Below, in pieces: positions 20,374-32,509 of a DNA stretch of 64,000 bases; position 1 is the first letter of the stretch, and the number at the start of each line of letters is the position of its first letter. Location of the stretch: positions 864,001-928,000 of the forward strand of contig CAVTRY010000011.1 of the NCBI GenBank assembly GCA_963737265.1. Direction: 5' to 3'. The position numbers and the translations under genes are program-made. The notes beneath the pieces were generated by a model. That model was not told the origin of the DNA. It searched no databases and worked only from the letters and a program-made list of their open reading frames with translations. This stretch comes from an uncultured delta proteobacterium. Its GTDB lineage: Bacteria > Myxococcota_A > Polyangia > Fen-1088.

Positions 20374-21675
20374 TCACGCGGTTTTCGTGACTAACTTGGC
20401 GCTGTTCTTCTCAGATAAGCCGCCCCCATCACCACCTCGATCACCACTTTGGGGATCACCACCCTCATTTTTTCGAGCCTGGGTGAACCCCGCGAGGGAG
20501 ATCACCTTGGCCAGCCCAGCCCTCACTTCTTCGCCCGCCACAGTGCTGTAGTGCTGCTGCATTTCGGCCGAGGCGTGACCGCTGATCGCGCGCACCACAA
20601 GGTCGTGAACCTGCGCCGCTCGCCCCAGGTCTTGGAACGTGCGCCGCATGAACTTGGCCGTGAGATGTTTGTCGATCTTAGCTGCCTTGGCGATGGCATC
20701 TATGGGTTTCTTCAAACAGGATGCGGCCCGGTAGCCGCCGATCTCGGACGGGAACAGTAGGTCGGATTCCTGCATTGGCCCTTCGGGTAGTCGGTCGACG
20801 TGCCATCGAAGAATGTCGACAAGCTCGCTCGGCAACGGCACCCGCAGCCACCGGATCTTTCCACGCTTCCCTTGCTTGAGCCGTTCCACCACCTCCCCTT
20901 TTGTCTCTGACCTACGCACCAACAGCACCCCCTCTTCCCACAGTACGTCCGGTGTCGACCCCTTCCTTCGCAGTGGCCGCAGTTCCGACGGCCTTCGCCC
21001 GGTAGCCACACCCACCGCCATCATGGCGAAGTGCTGCGGATACAACTCTTTCGCCTTGGCCATGAAGACCGGAACTTCCGCCACCGTCAATGCCCCCGGT
21101 TCCTCCTCGGTAAACGTGTTCCAGTCCGACGTGTCGAGCAGATCCACGTTGCGGGTGGGATCGCGTTCTAGTTCCAGATCCTCCACCGCTGCCCGAAGTG
21201 TGGTGAGCAAGATGGCCAGCCACCCGTTCACCGTGTTCGGGCTGTAGTCGCCCCGCTCGACCTTCCGTCCCTGGACCGCCTTCCACTCCTCGATGTCCTT
21301 CCTCTGGATCGCATCCACGTACCAATCGCCGAACGCCGGAATCAGATGGAGATCCTGCGTGTCCGCCCACCGCTCACGGCTCTTCGCCGACTTGAGGTTT
21401 CCTAGCGCGACCTTTCGCTCGAACAAGGATGTCGCGTAGTCGCCGTACCGTTCTCTTTTGCGAACTTCCCCCAACCTGCCTTGCCGAATCTCGTTCTTCA
21501 GCTCCGCCTGCTTCACTACAGCCTGTTTCTGCGTGATGTTCTCGAACTCCTGATTCCTCTCCTTCAGCATGCCAGTCCTCGGATCTACCGCGCGCACGCG
21601 AACGCGATACCCCGTTGCCGTTTTGTATATGCCCGGATACCTGGTCGGGTTGCACCCGTCTGTCCAAGTCGTCAT
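20374..21675 (-). CDS. int: Tyrosine recombinase/integrase
   Basis: TGRRPSELRPL (catalytic Arg), FMRRTF, ISGH...MQQHY (catalytic Tyr); adjacent to att. Confidence 0.9.
   Translation of the reverse strand: MTTWTDGCNPTRYPGIYKTATGYRVRVRAVDPRTGMLKERNQEFENITQKQAVVKQAELKNEIRQGRLGEVRKRERYGDYATSLFERKVALGNLKSAKSRERWADTQDLHLIPAFGDWYVDAIQRKDIEEWKAVQGRKVERGDYSPNTVNGWLAILLTTLRAAVEDLELERDPTRNVDLLDTSDWNTFTEEEPGALTVAEVPVFMAKAKELYPQHFAMMAVGVATGRRPSELRPLRRKGSTPDVLWEEGVLLVRRSETKGEVVERLKQGKRGKIRWLRVPLPSELVDILRWHVDRLPEGPMQESDLLFPSEIGGYRAASCLKKPIDAIAKAAKIDKHLTAKFMRRTFQDLGRAAQVHDLVVRAISGHASAEMQQHYSTVAGEEVRAGLAKVISLAGFTQARKNEGGDPQSGDRGGDGGGLSEKNSAKLVTKTA
20428..20462. repeat. Three ATCACCAC repeats, putative integrase arm-type sites
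   Basis: Copies at 20428, 20440 and 20455; the same motif and 12-bp spacing recur at 51435/51447. Confidence 0.6.
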
Positions 21676-21928
21676 TTCTATGTTCCTCGCCAGGAGCATC
21701 GGGCCGTCCACCGACCATTGTACCTGCTCCATCTGACAGAAAGCGATCTAGCGTCGTGATGAGGTAAACATCGGTGCCGCCGCGCCCGCGCCTGCCGTCC
21801 GGACGCAAGAGGCCACGCATCTTGAGGGTCCGAACGGCTGACGGATGCTTGTATTTCAGGTACTCCGCCGCCTCGGCAGTGGTGAGGTATCGCAATGGCA
21901 CAGGCATGGTTGACCTCGGTGACTTCAT
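21374..21928 (-). CDS. Excisionase-like HTH protein
   Basis: YLTTAEAAEYL HTH_17-like motif in the first ~65 aa; ATGA-coupled to the upstream gene; the tail overlaps int. Confidence 0.7.
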   Translation of the reverse strand: MKSPRSTMPVPLRYLTTAEAAEYLKYKHPSAVRTLKMRGLLRPDGRRGRGGTDVYLITTLDRFLSDGAGTMVGGRPDAPGEEHRNDDLDRRVQPDQVSGHIQNGNGVSRSRARGRSEDWHAEGEESGVREHHAETGCSEAGGAEERDSARQVGGSSQKRTVRRLRDILVRAKGRARKPQVGEEP

Positions 21929-22386
21929 CCTTGTTCGTGGTCATCTGGAGTGATGACAACATCGTCGGGCTCGGCCATGGTCGTGGCGTTCGGCGAAGTG
22001 GGAGTCGTCGTTGCAGGCGTCGCCACCACCATCACCACCACCACCGGCTTTCGCCCGACGTGCCTGACGACCGATACCAGCCCGGCACCTTCAAGGGCCG
22101 AGAGGCCACGCGAGGCCGCATATCGGGAGATCCTCATCCTCGCCATGCCGGTCATGGAGATCGACACCTTGCTGGACCTGGTGAGCCCCACCTCGAACCA
22201 GAGCCGAAGGGCCACGTGCAGGGACTTACCTGGTAGCGCTCCAGCGCGCTCCAGCCATGGCCAAGGGATTGGTCCCTTCAAGAACCTTTCATGTTGCCGT
22301 GGCTTGGGTGGCAGAGGGCGTGCGGGTACCCGCGCGCCGGTGCCACCGACAACTCGCAAGGCGTCGATGTCCACTAGGCGGTCCAC
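21925..22386 (-). CDS. Winged-helix DNA-binding protein of the PolA module
   Basis: FLKGPIPWPWL...RGLSALEGAGLVSV wHTH-like pattern; operonic with polA. Confidence 0.65.
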   Translation of the reverse strand: MDRLVDIDALRVVGGTGARVPARPLPPKPRQHERFLKGPIPWPWLERAGALPGKSLHVALRLWFEVGLTRSSKVSISMTGMARMRISRYAASRGLSALEGAGLVSVVRHVGRKPVVVVMVVATPATTTPTSPNATTMAEPDDVVITPDDHEQG

Positions 22387-22390
22387 AGTC

Positions 22391-24187
22391 CTACCCCTTC
22401 TTGCAGGAAGCGGCTTGGACAGGGGCTACGCCACCGGCCTGCTCCAGTTCTTCGATGATTTCCCAGACCTTGGCCCACATGCTCTCGCCGCGCGGGTCGG
22501 TGAATCGATCCGGGTGGGCAAAGACCTTGGCCTCCGAGCGCAACTCGAACCCACCCAAGACGAGCTTGCTGGCGTCAGCCATCGCCTTCTGGGTTGCAGC
22601 CACGACCTCATCAATCCGCTCGATAGGCGCCATCACAAGTAAGGCGTCGTGGACGGGGGCGCAGACTTCGATGCCCTGCTCGGTTGTGAAGATACTCGCG
22701 AGGCGCAACATCTCGGCTCCGTTGCCTTGCACGGGATGGTTTCGGATCGAACGTGGGTTAGCTTCACCGGCGACATGGATTTCCCACCCGTAGACCGTGG
22801 GCAATGCCCCGGTGAGCATCGCATAGTCGAGAGCGGCGTCTGACCAAGCCCAGAACTTCGGGTAGGTCTGCCGATGGAGGTCGAGCAGACGGCGCGCATG
22901 GGCCACCGACTGTCCAATGCGCACAGCCAGGTTCTCGAAGCCCATCCCGTATTGGACGGCAAGAGCGCAAGCCTTGAATTGTTCGCGTATTTCGCCGTGC
23001 GTACTCTTTGTCGCACTTTCAGGGGCGGCCCCTGCTTGAACCGCGAAGGCGAGGTACGGGTCCCCCGAGTTGTAGGCCAACATCATGGCCGGATCACCGG
23101 ACAGTGCGGCGGCGACCCCGAATTCTTGCTGCTCCCAGTCAACGTAGGCCAGTGCGTACCCTGGCTGTGCCTTCATCAACATGCGCAGCCAAACTGCTGG
23201 CCCGAAAATGAACTCGCTCGTACTGGGTTGGTTCCGGCCCGTCTTGGCCCTGTAGGCGGACAACATGCAGCGGTTTCGGCCATCGGCACCGACCGCAAGA
23301 TCGGCAAGGCGCAACTGCGACAGCGAAGCGCGGAGTTCTTTCATTTCACAAACCTCGGGGTGCATCCGTGCCATGTCCCGAAAAGTATCCGCGTCGAGTG
23401 CCTGAAGGCCGCTGGGCAGTTCAGGCCAGGCTATGTTGTGAGCCTCGGTCCACTTTCGCCACCGTTCGCGCTTGAATGTACCGCCCTCGTAGACGCCGTA
23501 GGACTGATCGACCTTCCGGATGAGCCGCTCTGGTATCGCATCCCACGAGTGACGAAGTCGGCTCAATTCATCCACGCTCACCGGCACGCCAGTTCGCTCC
23601 ATCCTCGCGACGGCTGACATGTAGCGGCCCCGGTGAAGTGCGCGAGGCAAGTCGATGCCAGGTATCATGGTCGGCAACAACTCCGCCAGCGCGGTCACGT
23701 CGGTTTCGCAGTAGGAAATGAGAGCAGATCGCTCCTCAGAAGTATAGGGGCCTCCCCGCAACGCCAGCGTCCTCATCGCCTCTTTTTGCTCCCAACCGAT
23801 AGCTGGCAAGCCGAAATAGGAGAGAGCCCCAAGCAGGCTCGCACCATCTGGCGGCCGAAGCCCATTCGTTCGCACTCGGAACTCGGTGAACAAGTCCAGG
23901 ATGTTGGTGGGGACTGGCCAGTCCAGTGCGAGGTGACAGCCAACCTCGGCGGAGCCGTAGTAGGCCACCATCACCGAGTCGGCGTCCGTGCCATAGGGCG
24001 GGCCATCTGCCCGCCGGAGGTCGTCTTCCCACCAACGGACAGTGTCTCCAGAGATCAGATCGCGCGCCACCAGACAGATCGGCTCGGGCAGTTCGCCAGG
24101 CGCCGAACGAAACTCGAAATCGGCCATCCAAATTTTGAAGATCCCCACCGCCGCAAAAGCGGCACGGACGAAAGCCATGAGGTTCAT
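22391..24187 (-). CDS. Family A DNA polymerase with 3'-5' exonuclease and no 5' nuclease domain
   Basis: ExoI DFE, ExoIII YCETD, motif A DWEQQE, motif B REQFKACALAVQYG, motif C VHDA. Confidence 0.9.
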   Translation of the reverse strand: MNLMAFVRAAFAAVGIFKIWMADFEFRSAPGELPEPICLVARDLISGDTVRWWEDDLRRADGPPYGTDADSVMVAYYGSAEVGCHLALDWPVPTNILDLFTEFRVRTNGLRPPDGASLLGALSYFGLPAIGWEQKEAMRTLALRGGPYTSEERSALISYCETDVTALAELLPTMIPGIDLPRALHRGRYMSAVARMERTGVPVSVDELSRLRHSWDAIPERLIRKVDQSYGVYEGGTFKRERWRKWTEAHNIAWPELPSGLQALDADTFRDMARMHPEVCEMKELRASLSQLRLADLAVGADGRNRCMLSAYRAKTGRNQPSTSEFIFGPAVWLRMLMKAQPGYALAYVDWEQQEFGVAAALSGDPAMMLAYNSGDPYLAFAVQAGAAPESATKSTHGEIREQFKACALAVQYGMGFENLAVRIGQSVAHARRLLDLHRQTYPKFWAWSDAALDYAMLTGALPTVYGWEIHVAGEANPRSIRNHPVQGNGAEMLRLASIFTTEQGIEVCAPVHDALLVMAPIERIDEVVAATQKAMADASKLVLGGFELRSEAKVFAHPDRFTDPRGESMWAKVWEIIEELEQAGGVAPVQAASCKKG

Positions 24188-24942
24188 ACCTCACCCCTCA
24201 GCTTTCGCAGCACGGGATGATCGAGCGAATCAATCACTCGTCCCCTGACGGCGATACGCACGATCTCGTCCATCGCCAATTCTGGCCACTCTGGATCTGG
24301 AATCTCCCCAACCGCTTCGTACACTTCGTAGGCGCCCAGTGCCATGTTCGCCTGCACGCGCACCCATGCGTGGACTGCACGGGCCGCCGCATCTCTAGCC
24401 GAAGCGTGCCAGTTGTTGATCCGTCCGTCTTCGCCTGGAACTCGCAGCGCCCACAGGAAGAGTGTCCTCTGTCGAGTGATGGTTGGGACGAGTAGCTTGG
24501 GGACCATGTCACCGGGGAAACTGCCGGCAATGTCGGCCGTTCCCACGAATGTCTCCTGTTCATCCACTAGCGTGTACACCAGCATTGGTTCCATCGTGGG
24601 ATGGACCCGAACGAACTCGTTTCTCTTGGGATTTCGGATGGGGATGGTTGTTACGAGCCTCTTGGCCCCCAACTTACTCGCGAAGTCCTGTGATATGCGG
24701 AGCTGCGCGAGCACATCGGGTTCGGCAGGTCTCCTGTTCACGTCGTGCGTGTTGGATGCGCTGCGAGGATCCTGCTCCGCCGTTGGTGGTGCGGCTGTCT
24801 TCTCCGTAGGTGATGGTACGATTGCCGGCTCTGTCGTCACCTTGCCCTCGATCTTGGCGGCTGATGTTCCCTGATCAGGGCCGCTCTCCGGTTCCAATGT
24901 TGTGGTCGTTGTTGATAGTGTCGCCTTGGTCTTGGTGCTCAT
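24184..24942 (-). CDS. Conserved hypothetical PolA partner (possible ssDNA-binding protein)
   Basis: RBS AAGGAG; ATGA overlap with polA; LRISQDF..TIPIRNPKRNEFVRVHP..FLW..WVRV..DHPVLRKLRG; function is inference. Confidence 0.7.
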   Translation of the reverse strand: MSTKTKATLSTTTTTLEPESGPDQGTSAAKIEGKVTTEPAIVPSPTEKTAAPPTAEQDPRSASNTHDVNRRPAEPDVLAQLRISQDFASKLGAKRLVTTIPIRNPKRNEFVRVHPTMEPMLVYTLVDEQETFVGTADIAGSFPGDMVPKLLVPTITRQRTLFLWALRVPGEDGRINNWHASARDAAARAVHAWVRVQANMALGAYEVYEAVGEIPDPEWPELAMDEIVRIAVRGRVIDSLDHPVLRKLRGEV

Positions 24943-25259
24943 TTCTTGTTCTCCTTGTTGCAGCCGAGACTGTTGATTTCGTCTCGGTGCGAGCACCCAA
25001 ACTACTGTGACTTTTCGACTCCCTTGGTGGGGGGGGAACACCGCTTAGAGGTGGGGGAGATCGACAAAGCACGCACGTATCCCCAAGAAATCGTTGAGGA
25101 TCATTCGTGGGGGGGAACTTTCGCGATTTCTGGGGAAGATCGATCTTGACGGAAAAAGCAGACAATTCCGCGCGTTGGACTGCCGAGATGTTCCGAATCG
25201 CCACCGGCTGCAACACTCTCCCCGACGACGAAAGCCCAAGTCAGACGGTAGAGGTTGGT

Positions 25260-26069
25260 CTACTTTTCGATCTTGCTGCTACCCTTCGGGAAGCCAGTTC
25301 CCTTGACCCGGCCCGAGCCCCAGTTGTCTGGACGAATGATGTTGTCGATGTGATCGGCCACGTCGGGCTTCACTTTCTCCTTGCACACCTTCGTGAGGTA
25401 TTCGCGAACGTCTTCTGTGCGGTGCTTATCCGGACGGGAAGCGGCCTCATCGTAGCCCTTCCAGAACTCACTCACCGCATCCGCCAAGGCATTGAGCTTC
25501 TTGGTCGTGTAAGGCCCCCACGGCCACGTCGGTTGTGGTTCAATCGCTAACTTCTCGAAGTCGTCGGGCAGCCCCCCCCAGACCTCCGCTGACTGTCGCT
25601 TCATATCCTTCGCCCATTTCGCGAATTCACTCAGGCGCACCGTGATGGTCTCGCGGCCATTCCGTTCGGGGACTCGAACCACATCAAATGCCTCACCGGA
25701 CACTCTGGTTGCGATTTCCAGGCGAAGATCGGCTTCCTCAAAACCGTAGCGATCCTCGGGATTGCTCGCATTGTCGAAGTAGTCCTCGTAGCTCTCCGGG
25801 TCCATGTCACACGACAGGAAAACCGCCTCCTCCAATGGAACATGATAGTGCTGGAGACATTTCCACTTGGGCCAGAAGGGCGAAAGAATGTTGGGTTTTG
25901 CAACATCGCTGTTGGGCGTGTTCTCAATTCCCTTGTCGCCCCCTTCGTCCTCCGGTTTTCCCGCTTGAGGCTGGGGCTCCCCTGCGTTCTCCGCTACCTC
26001 GTCTGTCTTGTTTTCCTCGGCCACGGATTCACCTCCCGCACGGGGTTGCGCCGTCTGGACGACTTCCAC
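25260..26069 (-). CDS. Hypothetical island protein (possible regulator)
   Basis: 269-aa ORF co-oriented with its neighbours; LEEAVFLS and FWKGYD..IIRPD segments resemble proteins of integrative elements. Confidence 0.6.
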   Translation of the reverse strand: MEVVQTAQPRAGGESVAEENKTDEVAENAGEPQPQAGKPEDEGGDKGIENTPNSDVAKPNILSPFWPKWKCLQHYHVPLEEAVFLSCDMDPESYEDYFDNASNPEDRYGFEEADLRLEIATRVSGEAFDVVRVPERNGRETITVRLSEFAKWAKDMKRQSAEVWGGLPDDFEKLAIEPQPTWPWGPYTTKKLNALADAVSEFWKGYDEAASRPDKHRTEDVREYLTKVCKEKVKPDVADHIDNIIRPDNWGSGRVKGTGFPKGSSKIEK

Positions 26070-26075
26070 GACTCG

Positions 26076-29411
<3,336 letters not shown>

Positions 29412-29414
29412 TGG

Positions 29415-32315
29415 CTACTTCTCCTCGAACATCGTGGTCTGCCCCTTGGTGGGCTTGGTGCCTTCGCGGGCCAGGCGAGTGATCTCGGGCCAGCTCTGAA
29501 CCAGGGCGTTGTACGCGAGGGCTTCCTGGGCACGCTTCTTATTGTTGGACATGGTGTAGAGCCGGTACGCCAGCTCGCGGACGACCTCGGCCTTGCTGCC
29601 CATCTTGGCGGCAAGATCTGCCGCCGCGCCTTCACCGCCGGCTTCGAGAACACGAATCAGATGGTGAGCCATCTCCCACACGGTCAGGCGCTCATCGGTG
29701 GTCGGGTCCCAGTCCTCGGGCAACTCTGAAGGCTTGAGCAGCCGTACCTTGCCAGCCTTCGAGGCGAGCACGCCAGCCTCCACCAGACCCGAGACGCTGG
29801 TGTTCTTGGACTTCGACAGTTGTTCCGCCTCGCCGTATCCCGCGCTTGTAAAACCGTACTGCTCAAACCACGTCAGAGCCCAGCGGGTATCGGCGTCGAA
29901 GTCGCCCTCCTGCTCAGCAAGCACTTCGTCGAGGGTCTGGTTGATGAGCGCGAGAGCATCGCGTACCGAAAGCGCCTTCCCCTCGGCGTCCAGCACCTTG
30001 TCATATCGAGTGTAGGCTGCCATGCCTGGTCCAATGACAGCCTGTTGAAGATCCACGGGAGCGATATTGCCGTGCTGAAGGTGAGAGAGCGCAACGGGAA
30101 GTTCGGTCTTGAGCGCTGCCAGAAAATCGCGCCGGGTGGCCGTGGGCGCGTCAGCGGAGCGTTGACGGCAGACGATCACGATGCTGGATGCCAGTACGTT
30201 CTTGCCAGTCTTGACCCCCTGGTCACGCTCCGTCCGCATCGGCCAGGTGCCACTAATGGTGAAACCAGCTCGGAGCACGGCCTCCAGGAAGGTGTCCCAT
30301 CCCGTGCTCACAGTTGCGCTGTCACCGTCCCCTTTACCGTCCTGTTCAGTCTCTGCTTGCTTGTAAGCGTAATAGATAGTGACCGGGAAGGCCGGGTGCG
30401 TCTGCTCCGCAATCCGATGCATAGCGAGTGTCATGCTGTCGAGGAAGAATGCCTCGGCTTTCTGTTTGCCCCCGTGCCTATATGGCGATGCCACCAGTTC
30501 CTCGGTCTTGGGTACGGCAAGAGTCGCGAAAAGGCCGGGGAAGACATGTCTGAGGGAACGGCGTAGCCAAACATAGAAGAAGTCCGACAAGTCGGCGTAA
30601 GCGACGTTGTCATAGTACGGCGGATCTGTCGAAACGACCTTGGAGGCTGAAATGTCTTGTGTCTGAGCATCTGCCTGTGAAACGCATGCGGGATGTGTCA
30701 ATGCGTTGGAAATCGTCGTGCCAATTGAGGACGTGGTGGCTGCAAAATCTCCGGCAGCCCCGGCGAAAGGATTGACCTCGGGAAAGTCCCACGCCATCGG
30801 TATGGCCTGCCGGCTGAACAGATTAACACTCTGCCCTCTGCTTTGTGACCATACCGCTAGGGCATTGACGGTGTTGGTAGTTCGACTGACTGCTAGTCCA
30901 AGGTACACCGCCACGGCCTCGGCGTAGGCAAGGGCTCCACTCCCATTGGCGTCGAGGGGTTTGCCGTCGTCAGATTGGCCGGCGGCAAGAGCGTCGAACT
31001 TCACCTGTTCGCATACTTCCGGTATTAAATCGGAAAACGTCGTCAATGCTACGAGTTGTCGCGGGGTGAAAAGGTCACCGAACTTGTCGAGGCCGTAACT
31101 TAGCGTCCAAAAGTTGCGTGGATCGTTGGGTAATGGTGTCTCAGGCCGCCACGTTGGCTTGGCACTTCGTGCAATCGACTCCATCTCATCAGTCGGCGAC
31201 AAATAGACACGCCCGCGCACGCCTTCAGCAACAATGGCCATCAATCGCTGTCCTATTCTTCCGGCTTTGCCTTCGGCTTTAATGTAGTCAGGTGCAATTG
31301 GCCCCCCCGACATCAAGCACCTAAAATTCGCTCCTCGGGATAGCTTGGTGCCGTTCATTGCGCCCTCCGCATCCCTCGACTTGCCCAGCTTTACGGTGAA
31401 TCGGTAGCTGTCGTTTTCAATTACCGGTTGAATGTAGGCTTCCTTGCCTTCCTTTGTGGATAGAATGAACGTAGATGCCAACGGAACATCCACGCCTGCA
31501 AAAGCCGGGTTTGGGCTCTTCACTGTGCGCACCCATAGCGATGCAATCACAGTAAGCGCCTGGCCGACGAGCGGCTTCAGATCCGGGCGTTCCATTGTCA
31601 TCTCAGTTGTGATCTCAGCCTTCGGGTAGAGATGCCCGACACGCTTTTCAGCCTCGTCACGTATCCACTGGCCGTAGTAGCGCACGTCCTCTGCCAGACC
31701 CTGTGAGCCTCGCCACGTATTCGCAGCTTTTTCTTCTTTGGGCTTCTCCTGCCACTTCGGGTTTACCGGCGGTCGCCCCGCAAACTTGGGCGGGATTTCG
31801 ACCATTGCCTTGCATATGACAATAGCCACTGGGTTCAGATCGCTGGCGAAAGAGTCAAGGCCAAGCCGCTGGGCTTCAAGGGGCAAGGACCCGCCACCCG
31901 CGAATGGATCGTGAAACGCCGGAAGCTTCTTGCGGTTGAACAGCTCCCTGGCACGAGGGTGGTCCACATTCTCGGCGCATGCAGCCCGCCAGCTCTGCCA
32001 AATCTCGGCCTGTGCCCGTTCCAACACTTCCTCGTTGGAGGTGTTCTCCCACTGGACTAGGTCCTCGATTATGCGGAACAATCGCTGCCGCTCCTTCTCC
32101 TGCTTTTTCTCGGTCGGGAACAGGTCGGGATGCGAAGAAGGGTCGTCGACCATCTGTGCGAAGATTACTGCTCGCGCTGCGGCTAAAGGCCGTCGCGCCC
32201 ACCACAGGTGCAGCGTTGACGGATGCCCATGACGAATCGACTTCTCCCTGGCGCATGCCTTGTTGATCGCCATTAGTGGCAGCGCCACCTCGATGAGCTT
32301 CTTCGTTTGCTTCAT
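29415..32315 (-). CDS. DUF1156 adenine-specific DNA methyltransferase
   Basis: [35 protein letters not shown]. Confidence 0.92.
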   Translation of the reverse strand: MKQTKKLIEVALPLMAINKACAREKSIRHGHPSTLHLWWARRPLAAARAVIFAQMVDDPSSHPDLFPTEKKQEKERQRLFRIIEDLVQWENTSNEEVLERAQAEIWQSWRAACAENVDHPRARELFNRKKLPAFHDPFAGGGSLPLEAQRLGLDSFASDLNPVAIVICKAMVEIPPKFAGRPPVNPKWQEKPKEEKAANTWRGSQGLAEDVRYYGQWIRDEAEKRVGHLYPKAEITTEMTMERPDLKPLVGQALTVIASLWVRTVKSPNPAFAGVDVPLASTFILSTKEGKEAYIQPVIENDSYRFTVKLGKSRDAEGAMNGTKLSRGANFRCLMSGGPIAPDYIKAEGKAGRIGQRLMAIVAEGVRGRVYLSPTDEMESIARSAKPTWRPETPLPNDPRNFWTLSYGLDKFGDLFTPRQLVALTTFSDLIPEVCEQVKFDALAAGQSDDGKPLDANGSGALAYAEAVAVYLGLAVSRTTNTVNALAVWSQSRGQSVNLFSRQAIPMAWDFPEVNPFAGAAGDFAATTSSIGTTISNALTHPACVSQADAQTQDISASKVVSTDPPYYDNVAYADLSDFFYVWLRRSLRHVFPGLFATLAVPKTEELVASPYRHGGKQKAEAFFLDSMTLAMHRIAEQTHPAFPVTIYYAYKQAETEQDGKGDGDSATVSTGWDTFLEAVLRAGFTISGTWPMRTERDQGVKTGKNVLASSIVIVCRQRSADAPTATRRDFLAALKTELPVALSHLQHGNIAPVDLQQAVIGPGMAAYTRYDKVLDAEGKALSVRDALALINQTLDEVLAEQEGDFDADTRWALTWFEQYGFTSAGYGEAEQLSKSKNTSVSGLVEAGVLASKAGKVRLLKPSELPEDWDPTTDERLTVWEMAHHLIRVLEAGGEGAAADLAAKMGSKAEVVRELAYRLYTMSNNKKRAQEALAYNALVQSWPEITRLAREGTKPTKGQTTMFEEK

Positions 32316-32509
32316 TCGGTCTCCGTCTCGGACAGGGCATAGAACTCGTGCAGCTTGGCCTGGAGCAATTTCTTGTCCGGCAGCCGCGTCTGGTATTCCA
32401 CCACGGCGCGTTCGCGCGCGTCCCGGATCAGCTCGACGACCTGGGCGAAAGCCTGTTGTTCGTGGTCTGGCGGAATCGACGGGGGTTCAGACAACTCCTT
32501 CGAGGTCAC
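32312..32509 (-). pseudogene. Internally deleted DUF1016/YhcG-like nuclease remnant
   Basis: N-terminal [15 protein letters not shown] joined directly to C-terminal [20 protein letters not shown]. Confidence 0.65.

Noticed and set aside
21895-22236. Plus-strand ORF with a poly-His run
   Set aside because: It is the antisense reading of the VVVVMVV codons in the wHTH gene; the ATCACCAC at 22031 is probably incidental
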